Below are positions 1 through 10,559 of a stretch of DNA of 64,000 nt, piece after piece (positions within the stretch are counted from its first letter, which is position 1; every line of letters starts with the position of its first letter). The stretch lies in the NCBI GenBank assembly GCA_023129115.1, contig JAGMCR010000001.1, positions 1 to 64,000 on the forward strand, written 5' to 3'. Source of the DNA: Candidatus Iainarchaeum sp. Lineage in GTDB: Archaea; B1Sed10-29; WALL01. The notes beneath the pieces are model-generated. The model was given only the letters and a program-made list of their open reading frames with translations. It was not told the origin of the DNA and ran no database searches. The position numbers and the translations under genes are program-made.

Positions 1-78
1 ACCACGAAGCGCAAGACAACCAAGCGGAAGACCACTAAGAGAAAGACTGCACGCAGGACAACGAAGAGAAAGAAGTAA
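1..78 (+). CDS. 3' end of a Lys/Arg/Thr-rich protein (TTKRK repeats, histone H1-like tail); partial
   Basis: Frame from base 1 reads TTKRKTTKRKTTKRKTARRTTKRKK*, stop TAA 76-78, followed by T-rich tract. Confidence 0.6.
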   Translation, partial: TTKRKTTKRKTTKRKTARRTTKRKK

Positions 79-168
79 GGGACCACGTTGTTCTTTGTTG
101 AATGGTCTTTTTGAACCCCTTTTTCGATATCTCTTTCTCTTTCTTTATCTCCCCCAGCCCGTGGCCTG

Positions 169-1188
169 TCAGACCGGCGGGTCAGTGGCAATCGCTTCAA
201 TGACCCTTACGGTCTCCTTCACGTCGTTTATGTCAGCGATAGAAATAGTGGAGTGGATGTTTCGCACGGGGATTGAAATCACCACGGTTGGCGTCCCGCC
301 CTTGCTCAGCGAGATGGCGAGGGCGTCGGTCGTGCCCGTGTCGCTCACCTCGATTTGGTACGGAATTCTTTTTTTCCTCAAGAGCTTCTCAATCTTTTTC
401 ATGAGCACCGTGTTCGCAATGAATTCTTCGTCTTTGTAAGTGAGGTACGGCCCGTGGCTCATTCCCCCGTTGGTGTCGTCGTAGTCCTGCGCCGGCGTGG
501 TGTCCACGTTTATGGCGAAGTCGCCCTCGAGCTTGAACGCGGAAACCCTGGCGCCGTACATGCCCATCTCTTCCTGCGCAGTGAAGACGTACGAAATGTT
601 CCGCTTCTTTTTCTTCATTTTCTTCGCGAGCATTATCGACGCGGCGCAGCCGACGCGGTTGTCCATGGCCTTTCCCGACATGATGTTTTCCTTTCCAAGC
701 GTGGCGAACGCGCGGCGCGGGATGACGTAGTCGCCCGGGCCGATGCCCAGCCGCTCCACTTCTTTTTTGCTCTTGAGGCCCACGTCGATGTACATCTGCT
801 CGATTGACGGGAACTCTTCAGAGACAAGCCCCTCGTGGAGGTTCTTCGAGGAAATCACGCCGTGCACCACGCGCTTTTCCGAGGCCACGATGTGCACCTG
901 CTGCGCCAGAAGCGTTTCCGGCTCTATGCCCCCGACGCGCGAGAAGATTATCCTGCCGTCCTTCTCGACTTCCTTGACCATTAGCCCAATCTCGTCCATG
1001 TGCGAGAACACGAGCACGTGCGGGCCCCGGCCCTTCTGTGTCGCGATGAGGTTGCCGAACGAGTCAACAGTGATTTTGTCGACGAATGGCCGGATTTCTT
1101 TCTTTATGAGTTTCCTGATGTTCTCTTCGCCGCCTGACGGGCCGTACACGGCCGCAAGGCGCTTGACCAAGTCGACGACTTTGTCCAT
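169..1188 (-). CDS. M42 family (TET-like) aminopeptidase
   Basis: GPSGGE, SHMDEIG, KAMDNRVG, QEEMG, VDTT, GTTDA and RNIHS metal-binding motifs. Confidence 0.93.
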   Translation of the reverse strand: MDKVVDLVKRLAAVYGPSGGEENIRKLIKKEIRPFVDKITVDSFGNLIATQKGRGPHVLVFSHMDEIGLMVKEVEKDGRIIFSRVGGIEPETLLAQQVHIVASEKRVVHGVISSKNLHEGLVSEEFPSIEQMYIDVGLKSKKEVERLGIGPGDYVIPRRAFATLGKENIMSGKAMDNRVGCAASIMLAKKMKKKKRNISYVFTAQEEMGMYGARVSAFKLEGDFAINVDTTPAQDYDDTNGGMSHGPYLTYKDEEFIANTVLMKKIEKLLRKKRIPYQIEVSDTGTTDALAISLSKGGTPTVVISIPVRNIHSTISIADINDVKETVRVIEAIATDPPV

Positions 1189-1190
1189 TC

Positions 1191-1424
1191 TTACAACCCC
1201 AGCAGCCCGTCAACCTTTGCCTGGTCGAACCCGATGACAATCGTTCCGTTGATGTCGATGACCGGCACTCCGCGCTGCCCCGACTTCTCAATCATTTCCA
1301 CCGCCTTTTCCTGGTCCGCTGCCACGTCGTAGGCAGTGAAATCAATGCCTTTTTCCTTCAGGTAGTCCTTGGCGCGGTCGCACCACGGGCACGTCGGGGT
1401 AGAATAAACTATCACATTCGCCAT
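1191..1424 (-). CDS. Glutaredoxin-like protein (NrdH/YruB type)
   Basis: YSTPTCPWC active site, GQRGVPVI, IGFD; 77 aa. Confidence 0.93.
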   Translation of the reverse strand: MANVIVYSTPTCPWCDRAKDYLKEKGIDFTAYDVAADQEKAVEMIEKSGQRGVPVIDINGTIVIGFDQAKVDGLLGL

Positions 1425-1489
1425 GCCGATACTAAACCACCCACCCTATTTAAATAAATCCTTTGAGAATTTATTTGCAGGTGTTTTCC

Positions 1490-2212
1490 ATGAATGCGCT
1501 AACGGCAATGAAGAAGGCCTGGCAGGCCTACCGGTCCAACGCGGCGAGGCTCATCATTGGCACGGCCATACTGCTCGTGGCGATTGTGCTGCTCGTCATG
1601 TTCGCTTTCCTGCCGCTGCTCGGGCTGTTCGTCTTCTCCAATCCCGAAATGGTCTTCATCTCGCTGTCACTGTTCTCGCTGTTCGTCATCGTGGCGCTCG
1701 GCGTCGCGGGCGTGCTGTGCGCCGGCTACATCCGCTTCACTTCACAGGCCTATGGCATCACTTATGCCGAGGCCAGCAAAAAGAAGCGCGTGCGCGCGGA
1801 CGAGAAGCCGGACTTCATGACAATCTTCAAGTTCGCGAGCCGCGAGGGGAAGAACGCGGCGCTTTTGGCGTACGCCTGTGCCTTCGCGCTGCTCGTCATA
1901 TTCGGCGTGCCGTACATCTGTACTTCTTCGCTCGACGCCGTGCTGCTCGCGCTGCCGTTCGCGCTCGTGTTCCTGTTCTTCGTGATGCTGGCGCCGCCCA
2001 TAACCGTGTTCGAGAAAAAGCCGCCGCTCGAGGCGTGGGCAAAGTCGTTCGAGTTCGCGCTCAATAACTTCCCGCAGCAATTGCTTTTGACGGCAGTGAT
2101 GGGGCTAATCTTCCTCGTGCTGGCAGTGATTCCTTTTGTCGGGCCGGTGGTGCTGTTCGCGCTGATGCCGTGGTTCGCATTGAGCAAGGTCGCGTTCTAC
2201 CGGGGCGAGTAA
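1490..2212 (+). CDS. Hypothetical integral membrane protein
   Basis: About 6 hydrophobic helices; ATG at 1490 after AGGTG SD-like and TTTAAATA TATA box. Confidence 0.8.
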   Translation: MNALTAMKKAWQAYRSNAARLIIGTAILLVAIVLLVMFAFLPLLGLFVFSNPEMVFISLSLFSLFVIVALGVAGVLCAGYIRFTSQAYGITYAEASKKKRVRADEKPDFMTIFKFASREGKNAALLAYACAFALLVIFGVPYICTSSLDAVLLALPFALVFLFFVMLAPPITVFEKKPPLEAWAKSFEFALNNFPQQLLLTAVMGLIFLVLAVIPFVGPVVLFALMPWFALSKVAFYRGE

Positions 2213-2248
2213 CAAATGACTTGGAAACCTGCCGCGCTACCCCAAAGG

Positions 2249-2350
2249 ACTTGGGGGATGCCAATTGGCATCCCCCCATAGGCCGATTGTTCCACTCACC
2301 CATCCAGTTGTTCCACTCACCCATAGGCTGATTGTTCAACTCCCCCAGAG
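2249..2350. repeat. Palindromic intergenic repeat GGGGGATGCCAATTGGCATCCCCC plus short tandem TTGTTCCACTCACCCAT units
   Basis: Perfect palindrome 2253-2276; related copies near 3148, 39379 and 49202. Confidence 0.85.
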
Positions 2351-2361
2351 GCCGACTTCTT

Positions 2362-3075
2362 TCAGGCAGGCATTCCCGCAATCGCTATCAACACGAGCGA
2401 CAGCGCCATGCCCAGCAGGAAGTACATGGGCCTGCCCTCCCGGCCGTCGGGCACGAGGTCCCTTATCACGACGTACAGCAGCACGCCCATCACGAGGCTG
2501 AACACCGCGTAGAACGCCACGGCCCTCAGCTCGAGCGCGGTCGCGACCACTGCGCCGAACACCGTGGACAACGAGAGCACGAGCTCTTCCAGCTTGTTGC
2601 TATTGAAGTGCTCGTGGATGTGCCTCACAGAAATCGAGGACGACAGCGTGTGCAGCAGGAACGGGATGAACACGAGGTACCCCAGCTTCCCGCCACTCAG
2701 CGGGATGCCGAAGAACATCACCAGCGCGAACCCCAGTATGAACGAGTCCGCGATGAACCCGGCGATGTGCAGGTGCGCGAGGTCCTTCAGGAGCATTTTC
2801 TTGTTTTGCACGTGCTGGTACACGTATTTTTCGGCAACGTGGAACGCCGTGAACCCCAGCAGCAGCAGCAAATAGACGTTTTCGCCGATGAACCCCACGC
2901 CCATCGTGAGCTCCGGCAGCACCTCAAGCATTATGTACGTAATGAATATTCCAGCGGAAAAGCTAGTGATTTCGTGGTGGAACTCCTTCACGCGGTTGGC
3001 CGTCTTCTCGCTGAAGAAGTGCACGATTGTCAGCACCGCCGCGAGCACGATTGGAATCATTGGGATTACCAACAA
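2362..3075 (-). CDS. ZIP-family-like metal transporter / membrane protein
   Basis: About 8 TM helices; SFSAGIFITYIMLEVLPE, LLH, GVLLYVVIRDLVP resemble ZIP motifs. Confidence 0.65.
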   Translation of the reverse strand: MLVIPMIPIVLAAVLTIVHFFSEKTANRVKEFHHEITSFSAGIFITYIMLEVLPELTMGVGFIGENVYLLLLLGFTAFHVAEKYVYQHVQNKKMLLKDLAHLHIAGFIADSFILGFALVMFFGIPLSGGKLGYLVFIPFLLHTLSSSISVRHIHEHFNSNKLEELVLSLSTVFGAVVATALELRAVAFYAVFSLVMGVLLYVVIRDLVPDGREGRPMYFLLGMALSLVLIAIAGMPA

Positions 3076-3109
3076 TCAAGGGGTTTATAAAAAGCTGCCG
3101 GGCAGTAAT

Positions 3110-3180
3110 CCAACCGGCCTATGGGGGGCTGACACAACCGGTGTATGGGGGGGTGCCAATTGGCACCCCCCAACTCCTTG
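3110..3180. repeat. Second copy of palindromic repeat, inverted relative to the 2249 copy
   Basis: GGGGGGTGCCAATTGGCACCCCCC at 3148-3171; flanks match the reverse complement of 2244-2290. Confidence 0.85.
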
Positions 3181-3258
3181 CTCACTGCGTCCTCCAAGTC
3201 CTTGCCTCGCTGATTGCCGCACATCTTTTTTTATACTGGAGTACCTAAAACCATAGCT

Positions 3259-3735
3259 ATGGCAGACAAAGTTGGAGTAGTAGACACCATGTTCGCGCGC
3301 GTGGACATGTACCCCTTCGTGGTCCAGGCGTTCCAGGACGTTGGCTGGGAGCCCGAAATCGTGCGCCGCACGGTCCCCGGGGTCAAAGACATGCCCGTCG
3401 AGGCACTGGACCTACTCGAAAAAGAGGGCTGCGCCATCGTCCTCACGCTTGGCATGGGCGGCGGAGAGCCGGTGGACTACACGTGCGTCCACGAGGCATG
3501 CGTGGGCATCCAGGGCGTGATGCTCAAGACCGGCAAGCACGTCATCGACGTCATCGTGCACCGCAACGAAGTCAAGGACGACCTCGAGTTCTACAAGCTC
3601 TGCAAGAACCGGGCCTACAAGCACGCGGTCAACGCGTACTGGCTCCTCAGCAAGCCAGAAGAATTGACGAAGCGCGCCGGCACCGGCGAGCGGCAGGGCC
3701 TGGACAACGAAGGCCAAATAGCGGTGAAAAAATGA
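3259..3735 (+). CDS. ribC: Archaeal riboflavin synthase
   Basis: KVGVVDTMFARVDM, RRTVPGVKDMPV, GTGERQG motifs; first gene of rib cluster. Confidence 0.92.
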   Translation: MADKVGVVDTMFARVDMYPFVVQAFQDVGWEPEIVRRTVPGVKDMPVEALDLLEKEGCAIVLTLGMGGGEPVDYTCVHEACVGIQGVMLKTGKHVIDVIVHRNEVKDDLEFYKLCKNRAYKHAVNAYWLLSKPEELTKRAGTGERQGLDNEGQIAVKK

Positions 3736-4121
3736 AGCTTGGCATTATTGTCGCAGAGTTCAACAAGGAAATGACCGAACAAATGCTCGCGAAGGCCGAA
3801 GCGACCTCAAAAGAGCTCGGCATCGAGACCACTGTCCGCTGGGTCCCCGGCGTGTACGACATGCCGCTCCAGGCCAAAAAAATGCTTCCGTCCGTGGACG
3901 CGCTCGCCCTCCTCGGCGTCGTGAAAAAAGGCTTGACCGCGCACGACGTGATTGTCGCGGAAAACACTGCGCGGCTCGCGGCAGACCTCTCGCTTGAGTT
4001 CAACAAGCCAGTCACCCTCGGCATAATCGGCCCCGACGCCAGCCAGGAAGTCGCTGCCGACCGCCTCGAGGGCTATGCCAAGCGCGCCGTGAAAGCCGCT
4101 TTTTATCTGGTTAAGGAGTGA
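3732..4121 (+). CDS. ribH: 6,7-dimethyl-8-ribityllumazine synthase
   Basis: [27 protein letters not shown]; ATGA overlap with ribC. Confidence 0.93.
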   Translation: MKLGIIVAEFNKEMTEQMLAKAEATSKELGIETTVRWVPGVYDMPLQAKKMLPSVDALALLGVVKKGLTAHDVIVAENTARLAADLSLEFNKPVTLGIIGPDASQEVAADRLEGYAKRAVKAAFYLVKE

Positions 4122-4738
4122 CGAAGTTGAGTTCCCCCAAGCAAATAGATGCACAGGTGCAGAGGGAGGCAGAGACCCTCCTGCCGACCAAGCACGGCGA
4201 CTTCAGGCTCATCGCTTATTCCACCGGTGCTGGCTCGGCCCAGCCAATTGCGCTCGTGAAGGGAGAGATTGGCGGCGGTGCAGTGCTGGTGCGCGTGCAC
4301 TCCGAGTGCTTTACGGGCGACGTCCTCGGCTCCAAAAAATGTGACTGTGGCGACCAGCTCGCCGCTGCCCTGGAGCAAATAGAAAAAGAGGGCGGCGTGC
4401 TCGTTTACCTGCGGCAGGAGGGCAGGGGCATTGGCCTGCTGAACAAGCTAAGGGCGTACGAGCTCCAGGAAGGCGGCCTCGACACAGTCGAGGCGAACCA
4501 CGCCCTCGGGTTTGGCGTGGACTTGCGCGACTACGGCGTTGGCGCGCAAATCCTCCTCGACCTCGGCGTGCGAAAAATCCGGCTGATGACGAACAACCCA
4601 GAGAAAATCATTGGCCTGGAGGGCTACGGGCTCGAGGTCGTCGAGCGCGTGCCCCTTGAGGTCGCTCCCCACGAAGCCAACCGGGACTACCTGCTCACCA
4701 AGCAGAAAAAAATGGGCCACTTGCTGGGGGGCCTTTGA
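4118..4738 (+). CDS. ribA: GTP cyclohydrolase II
   Basis: [40 protein letters not shown]. Confidence 0.96.
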   Translation: MTKLSSPKQIDAQVQREAETLLPTKHGDFRLIAYSTGAGSAQPIALVKGEIGGGAVLVRVHSECFTGDVLGSKKCDCGDQLAAALEQIEKEGGVLVYLRQEGRGIGLLNKLRAYELQEGGLDTVEANHALGFGVDLRDYGVGAQILLDLGVRKIRLMTNNPEKIIGLEGYGLEVVERVPLEVAPHEANRDYLLTKQKKMGHLLGGL

Positions 4739-5450
4739 CATCGAAATCCCGGAGTCCCATCCCCGGCACGGCTCGCTCGTCGCACGCGAAAAAGTCGAGG
4801 CCGCGGTCCAGGCTGGCTATGCCACGCCGGTTGGGCTGGTCGCCCACGGCCGGGGCGAGGCCTTTGACTACTTAATCGGCGAAAAGACGACTGGGTACGC
4901 GCGCGCCGCGTGCGAGGCCGCGGTCGCCAAGCTATTGTCCACGAGCTCCGCCCTTTCCGCGAACGGCAACGTCGCTGCCTTGTGCGGAGAGGAATACGTC
5001 GCGCTCAGCGAGGCCCTCGGCGCGCCCATTGAAATCAACTTGTTTTACCGCACGCCCGAAAGAATGAAGAAAATGGAGGAGCGCTTCCGCGGGGCCGGCG
5101 CGAAAGAAGTCCTTGGCGTGCGCGAGGACGCCGAAGTGCCTTTTCTCGAGAGCGAGCGGCGCAAAGTGGACTCCCGCGGCATTTATTCCCGCGACACGGT
5201 GCTCGTCCCCCTGGAGGACGGCGACCGCACCGAGTGCTTGAAGAAAATGGGCAAGTTCGTGATTGCCATTGACCTGAACCCCCTGTCCCGCACTGCACAG
5301 CAGGCCGACATTACTATAGTGGATAATATAACGCGCGCCGTGCCGCTCATGATTGAATTGGCCAAAAAGAAGCCGGAGTGGCGCGGGTTCGACAACAAGG
5401 CAAACCTCCGCGGCTCCATGGAACTGATGAAGCACTACCTCAGCCTGTAG
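4735..5450 (+). CDS. Archaeal 4-phosphopantoate--beta-alanine ligase (phosphopantothenate synthetase); start codon anomalous
   Basis: [41 protein letters not shown]; no in-frame ATG/GTG/TTG at the expected start (see findings). Confidence 0.9.
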
Positions 5451-6058
5451 TGCACCAGAATCCCGGGGCCCAGCCGGCTTGTCTCTATAACCTCAAGCGG
5501 AATCGGCTCGCCTTTCGTGCCTTCGCCGTCCGCCATTGTCGGCGTGTCTTTGCCGCCTACCACCATGGGCGCGATATAGGCGTACAGGTCGTCGACCAAT
5601 CCGTGCCGCACAAAGCCCCAGATGACAGTGCCGCCCCCCTCCACAAGCAATTTCTTGATTCCGTGCCGGCTGTACAAGGCCTCCAGCACTTCTTCCAGGT
5701 CGAGCAAGCCCTCCCCGCCCGGGCACTGCACGAGCTCCACGTTCCCGCCGTATTTTCCCCCGCTTTCTTCTGAAGTGATTATCAGTGTTTTTGCCGCCGC
5801 GTCCACCACGCGCGCGTTTTCCGGTGTCCTGCATTGCGAGTCCAGGACCACGCGCACCGGCCGCTGCTCTGCGTTCAGCCCGGGGTCGTCGGACAACACG
5901 GTCCCCACACCCACAAGAATTGCGTCGCACCCGTTCCGCAACGCGCGCACGCGCTCCGCGTCTTCTCTACACGAAATCTTCAGCGGCTTCCTGCCAGGCA
6001 GGGCTATCTTGCCGTCGCAGGACATCGCGCAATTAATGGTCACATGCGGCCGATTCAT
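5435..6058 (-). CDS. 2,5-diamino-6-ribosylamino-4(3H)-pyrimidinone 5'-phosphate reductase (RibD C-terminal / Rib7 type)
   Basis: AMSCDGKI, AILVGVGTVLSDDP, LLVEGGG; no deaminase domain. Confidence 0.92.
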   Translation of the reverse strand: MNRPHVTINCAMSCDGKIALPGRKPLKISCREDAERVRALRNGCDAILVGVGTVLSDDPGLNAEQRPVRVVLDSQCRTPENARVVDAAAKTLIITSEESGGKYGGNVELVQCPGGEGLLDLEEVLEALYSRHGIKKLLVEGGGTVIWGFVRHGLVDDLYAYIAPMVVGGKDTPTMADGEGTKGEPIPLEVIETSRLGPGILVHYRLR

Positions 6059-6130
6059 TTATTCCCCCTCCTTTTTTGTGGGCTAAAGGTATTTAAACCA
6101 GAACCTCTTTTCTATTGCAGGGTGCTCCAA

Positions 6131-6403
6131 ATGACCATGGAAGACGAAGTCAAGACCACTTACAAAATGCTCAAGACAAACGATTTCAAGGTAGCCGAAA
6201 TCATTTTCGAGGGCGGCGTAAGCGTAAAGGACACTGCTTCACTCGCGTCGCTCCAGCAGTGGGTCGACGGCGGCAAGGCCTTTGGCGTCATCCACGTCAT
6301 CTACTTCACCCCGGACGGCCAGCAGCGCGTAATCGACATAACCGCAGGCAAGCCCGAATCCGCGGTGCCAGCCCCCGAAAACACTGAAGTGACCGAGCCG
6401 TGA
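6131..6403 (+). CDS. Hypothetical protein (90 aa)
   Basis: ATG after TATTTAAA; GTGA overlap with the next gene; host-like codon usage. Confidence 0.7.
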   Translation: MTMEDEVKTTYKMLKTNDFKVAEIIFEGGVSVKDTASLASLQQWVDGGKAFGVIHVIYFTPDGQQRVIDITAGKPESAVPAPENTEVTEP

Positions 6404-6912
6404 GCTTCCTCGCACTCGCACAGAAGCGCAAGTCAATCCGCCGATTTCTCGACAAGCCAGTCCCACAAAAGCTAGTCGACACAATCCTCGAGGCCGCCAG
6501 GCTCGCGCCTTCCGCAGGCAACCTCCAGGCCTACGAAGTCGTCACCGTAAAAAACGAGGAAACAAGGAAAGCGCTCGCCGCAGCGTCGTTCGGCCAGGCC
6601 CAGGTGTCAGACGCGCCGGTCGTGATGGTGTTCGTCGCAGACCCGCCGCGCAGCGCAGCCAAGTACGGCGACCGCGGGGCAGAGCTCTATTCAGTCCAGG
6701 ACGCCAGCATCGCGTGCGCGTACGCCCAGCTCGCCGCCGCTGACCTGGGCCTCGGCGCGGTATGGGTCGGCGCTTTCGACGAGGACGCTGTCGCGAAAGC
6801 AGTCAACGCGAGTGGCAGGCCAGTTGCGCTGCTGCCGATTGGCTACCCCGCCGAAAAGCCCGGGCACCCGCCGCGCAGGGACGGCGTCTTTTTCGAGGAA
6901 ACACTAGACTGA
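6400..6912 (+). CDS. Nitroreductase family protein
   Basis: RKSIRRF, APSAGNLQ, GLGAVWVG, PIGYP. Confidence 0.93.
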   Translation: MSFLALAQKRKSIRRFLDKPVPQKLVDTILEAARLAPSAGNLQAYEVVTVKNEETRKALAAASFGQAQVSDAPVVMVFVADPPRSAAKYGDRGAELYSVQDASIACAYAQLAAADLGLGAVWVGAFDEDAVAKAVNASGRPVALLPIGYPAEKPGHPPRRDGVFFEETLD

Positions 6913-7836
6913 CTTGATGAACATATGCATCATCAAGAACACTGCGTAAAGCAGGACAAACATCACGCCGTGCCGCCTGCTTAGCCGGGTGTGCTTCACC
7001 AGCAGGTACCAAAGCAGCAGGGACACTCCGACGAGGAACGCTATTGTCGACGCGAACGTTTCGTAGTCGGCACTCAATGGGTTCAGCAGCGCGGCAGCCC
7101 CAAGCACCAGCGTTATGTTCACCACGTTGCTCCCCAGCACCTCGCCCAGCGCCAGGTTCGTGTGCCCCTTCTTTACCGCGCCGATTGCGATGGCGAGCTC
7201 CGGCAGCGACGTGCCGAGGGCTATTATGGTCACGGCTATCGTTGACTCTGGAATCATGAGCTGTGCCGCAAGCGAAGCCGCTGAGCCCACCACGAACTGT
7301 GCCGCGATTACCACGAGCACCATGCCGAACCAGAACTTGGCGTTGTAAAGGACCCAGTCCTTTGTGCGCACGTGGTCAGTGAGCTCGAACCGATAGTCCC
7401 GCTTGGCCACGAAGAACACGTACAGGGCGAAAAGCAGGAGCAGCAGAAGCCCCTCGTAAAAGCCAATCGAGCCCCGCAGGAAAAAAATCAGCGGCGCGAA
7501 CGTAATCAAGAGCAGGATTTCCGCGTTCTCCATCAACTCCTTGCGCTTCACCCTCACGCCTTTAATGGCAACGGCGAGGCCGAGCACCAGCAAAATGTTT
7601 GTGATGTTCGAGCCCAGCACGTTCCCGATTGCAATCCCGACTTCACCAGTGTACGCCGCCGTCAAGGCGACCACCAGTTCGGGGAGGCTCGTGAAGATGG
7701 AAATGGCTATGAAGCCCAGGGCAAACTCCCCAATTTTGAGGTAGTCCGCAATCTTCATTGCCGCGTGTATTACCACGTTGCTGAACACCACGAGCGCCGC
7801 AAGGCTGCCCGCGAGCACCAAGAGCTCCGGAATCAT
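6904..7836 (-). CDS. Na+/Ca2+ antiporter (CaCA, YrbG-like)
   Basis: Two alpha repeats TSLPEL...GNVLGSN and GTSLPEL...LGSN. Confidence 0.93.
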   Translation of the reverse strand: MIPELLVLAGSLAALVVFSNVVIHAAMKIADYLKIGEFALGFIAISIFTSLPELVVALTAAYTGEVGIAIGNVLGSNITNILLVLGLAVAIKGVRVKRKELMENAEILLLITFAPLIFFLRGSIGFYEGLLLLLLFALYVFFVAKRDYRFELTDHVRTKDWVLYNAKFWFGMVLVVIAAQFVVGSAASLAAQLMIPESTIAVTIIALGTSLPELAIAIGAVKKGHTNLALGEVLGSNVVNITLVLGAAALLNPLSADYETFASTIAFLVGVSLLLWYLLVKHTRLSRRHGVMFVLLYAVFLMMHMFIKSV

Positions 7837-7889
7837 TGACCAAGGTTACTGCCCAGGTTAATATATACCCTTTGGTTTAGTGTAGCTGA

Positions 7890-10559
7890 ATGGACTACCA
7901 CGCACAAAGCGCAAAGGCAGTGATGTCCTCACTCAAGACAACCGAGAAAGGGCTTAGCAACGCCGAGGCACGAAAGCGCCTTGAGAAATACGGCAAAAAC
8001 GAGTTCGCCAAGCACCACCGCGTCTCAATCCCAGAAATCTTTCTCGGCCAGTTCAAGTCATTCATCGTGCTCATCCTCCTCGCCGCCGTCGTGATTTCCG
8101 CTGCCCTCGGCCAACTAATCGACACCATCGTAATCTCCGCAATCGTAATCTTCAACGCCGCGTTCGGCACCATCCAGGAATACCGCGCCGAAAAGGCCAT
8201 GGAAGCCCTCGAGTCAATGGCCGCCCCCCACGCAGTAGTAATCCGCGGCGGCAAAGAAAAAGTCATTCCCGCCAGCGAGCTCGTGCCCGGCGACATAATC
8301 GTGCTCGAGACCGGTGACTCTGTTCCCGCCGACGCCCGCATTATCCAGAAAATGAACCTCAAGTGCCAGGAGTCCGCGCTCACGGGCGAGTCAGTGCCCG
8401 AGGACAAGTCCGCCAGCCACGCCGCCAAGGACGCGCACCTAGCCGAGCGCACGTCAATGGTATACATGCACACCACCGTCGCCTACGGCCACGCCAGGGC
8501 AGTCGTCACCGCCACAGGCATGCAGACCGAAATGGGCAGAATCGCGCACTTCATCAAGGGAATCCAGGACGTCGAGACCCCCATGCAGAGGCGGCTGGAC
8601 GAGTTGGGCAAAAAGCTCGGCCTCGTGATATTGGTTATATGCGGCCTGCTGTTTGTCCTCGAAATAATTGAGTCCCCCGAAATACTCGCCCACTTCCTCG
8701 CGTTCCGCGGCGACCTGTCCCTCCTGTTCGCCCAGCTCGCCGGAACAGAAATAGTAGAGCTGTTCCTCGTCGCGGTCAGCCTCGCGGTCTCCGCGATACC
8801 CGAGGGCCTGCCCGCGGTCGTGACAATCACCCTTGCAGTTGGCCTGCAGAGAATGGCCAAGCGCAACGCAGTCGTGCGCAAGCTCCCGGCAGTAGAAACA
8901 CTCGGCAGCACCACGGTTATATGCACGGACAAAACTGGCACGCTCACCCGCAACGAAATGACCGTCACAAAAGTCTTCGTGAACAACGAAGTCGTTGACG
9001 TCTCCGGCACGGGCTACGAGCCCACCGGAAAGTTCAGCAAGACAAGCGCTGAGCTGAAGCGCTTGCTCGAGATTGGCGTGCACTGCAACAACGCGGACCT
9101 CGTGCACGACGACTCGTGGGGCATCATTGGTGACCCGACCGAGGGCTGCCTATTGACGCTCGCGGCAAAAGGGGGCGTCCACGAGTCACTCCATTGCATC
9201 GACGAGCTGGCGTTCGACTCCAAGCGCAAGCGCATGACCACGCTCCACCGCGCGGCCGGCGGCACCGTCGCGTTCATGAAGGGCGCGCCCGAAAGCGTCC
9301 TCTCGGTGTGCACCCACGCGCTCGTGAACGGAAAAACCGTAAAGCTTTCTGCCCGCGACAAGCAGCGCATCATGAAGCAAAACAACGACTTCGCATCGTC
9401 CGCGCTGCGCGTGCTCGCGTTCGCGTACCGTGATTTGCCCGAAAAATTCAGCAAGAAGGACGCGGAGTCAAAAATGGTGTTCGTTGGGCTCGCGGGCATG
9501 ATTGACCCGCCGCGGCCCGAGGCAAAGTCCGCAATCGCCAGGGCCCGGCAGGCGGGAATCCGTGTTGTGATGATTACCGGCGACAACGAGCTGACCGCGA
9601 GGGCAATCGCGACGAAGCTCGGGCTCGCTGGCGAGGAAGAGGGCGTCGTCACCGGCAGGGAGCTGGACCGGCTTGGCGACAAGGCGCTGCCAACAATCGT
9701 CGGGAGGACCACGATTTACGCGCGCGTCTCGCCCGAGCACAAGCTCAAAATCGTCCGCGCCATGCAGGCACAGGGCGAGGTGGTCGCGGTCACGGGAGAC
9801 GGGGTGAACGACGCGCCCGCGCTGAAGACAGCGGACATCGGCATTGCGATGGGCATCACCGGCACCGACGTCTCGAAAGAGGCTTCAGACATTATTTTGG
9901 CGGACGACAACTTCGCGTCCATTGTCGCGGCTGTGGAGGAAGGCCGCTGCATTTACGGGAACATACGAAACTTCATCAAGTACTTGCTGTCCGCGAACTG
10001 CGATGAAATCATTGTGGTCGCCGGCGCGGCATTGGTGGGCCTGCCGCTGCCGTTCCTGCCCGTGCAAATCCTGTGGATTAACCTCGTGACGGACGGGTTC
10101 CCGGCGCTTGCGCTTGGGCTGGACCCACCTGACCCGGACGTGATGAATCAGAAGCCACGGTCAAAGGAACAGAGCGTGTTCCACGGCATCGGCAACGTAG
10201 TGGTAATGGCTGGCTTGATTGCGGCAGTGATTACTTTCATCGCTTTCCTGACGGGCCTCGGCACGAGCGTCGAAAAAGGGCGGACAATGGCGTTCACCGC
10301 GTCCGTGCTATTCGAATTATTCTTTGTGTTCAACTGCCGGTCGGTGCACCAGTCGCTGTTCAACGGATTGTTCGAGAACCGCTTCCTCGTGGGCGCCATT
10401 GGCTTGAGCCTCCTGCTGCAGCTCGCGGTGATTTACGTGCCGTTCATGAATACCTTGTTCGGCACCGTGCCGCTCGCGCTCGACGACTGGCTCTTGATAC
10501 TGCCGCTGTCGCTGACGGCGCTGCTGCCTTTCCTCGGGAACTTTTGGAAGAAGTCTTAG
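7890..10559 (+). CDS. P-type (P2A, Ca2+-type) cation-transporting ATPase
   Basis: [37 protein letters not shown]. Confidence 0.97.
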   Translation: MDYHAQSAKAVMSSLKTTEKGLSNAEARKRLEKYGKNEFAKHHRVSIPEIFLGQFKSFIVLILLAAVVISAALGQLIDTIVISAIVIFNAAFGTIQEYRAEKAMEALESMAAPHAVVIRGGKEKVIPASELVPGDIIVLETGDSVPADARIIQKMNLKCQESALTGESVPEDKSASHAAKDAHLAERTSMVYMHTTVAYGHARAVVTATGMQTEMGRIAHFIKGIQDVETPMQRRLDELGKKLGLVILVICGLLFVLEIIESPEILAHFLAFRGDLSLLFAQLAGTEIVELFLVAVSLAVSAIPEGLPAVVTITLAVGLQRMAKRNAVVRKLPAVETLGSTTVICTDKTGTLTRNEMTVTKVFVNNEVVDVSGTGYEPTGKFSKTSAELKRLLEIGVHCNNADLVHDDSWGIIGDPTEGCLLTLAAKGGVHESLHCIDELAFDSKRKRMTTLHRAAGGTVAFMKGAPESVLSVCTHALVNGKTVKLSARDKQRIMKQNNDFASSALRVLAFAYRDLPEKFSKKDAESKMVFVGLAGMIDPPRPEAKSAIARARQAGIRVVMITGDNELTARAIATKLGLAGEEEGVVTGRELDRLGDKALPTIVGRTTIYARVSPEHKLKIVRAMQAQGEVVAVTGDGVNDAPALKTADIGIAMGITGTDVSKEASDIILADDNFASIVAAVEEGRCIYGNIRNFIKYLLSANCDEIIVVAGAALVGLPLPFLPVQILWINLVTDGFPALALGLDPPDPDVMNQKPRSKEQSVFHGIGNVVVMAGLIAAVITFIAFLTGLGTSVEKGRTMAFTASVLFELFFVFNCRSVHQSLFNGLFENRFLVGAIGLSLLLQLAVIYVPFMNTLFGTVPLALDDWLLILPLSLTALLPFLGNFWKKS

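Noticed and set aside
2280-2350. TTGTTCCACTCACCCAT units as a mini-CRISPR
   Set aside because: Only 2-3 degenerate units with 3-7 nt gaps, far too short for spacers.
3180-3258. FMN riboswitch before ribC (and TPP riboswitch before thi4 at 20721-20766)
   Set aside because: Conserved aptamer motifs are absent and TATA boxes lie close to the start codons, leaving no room.
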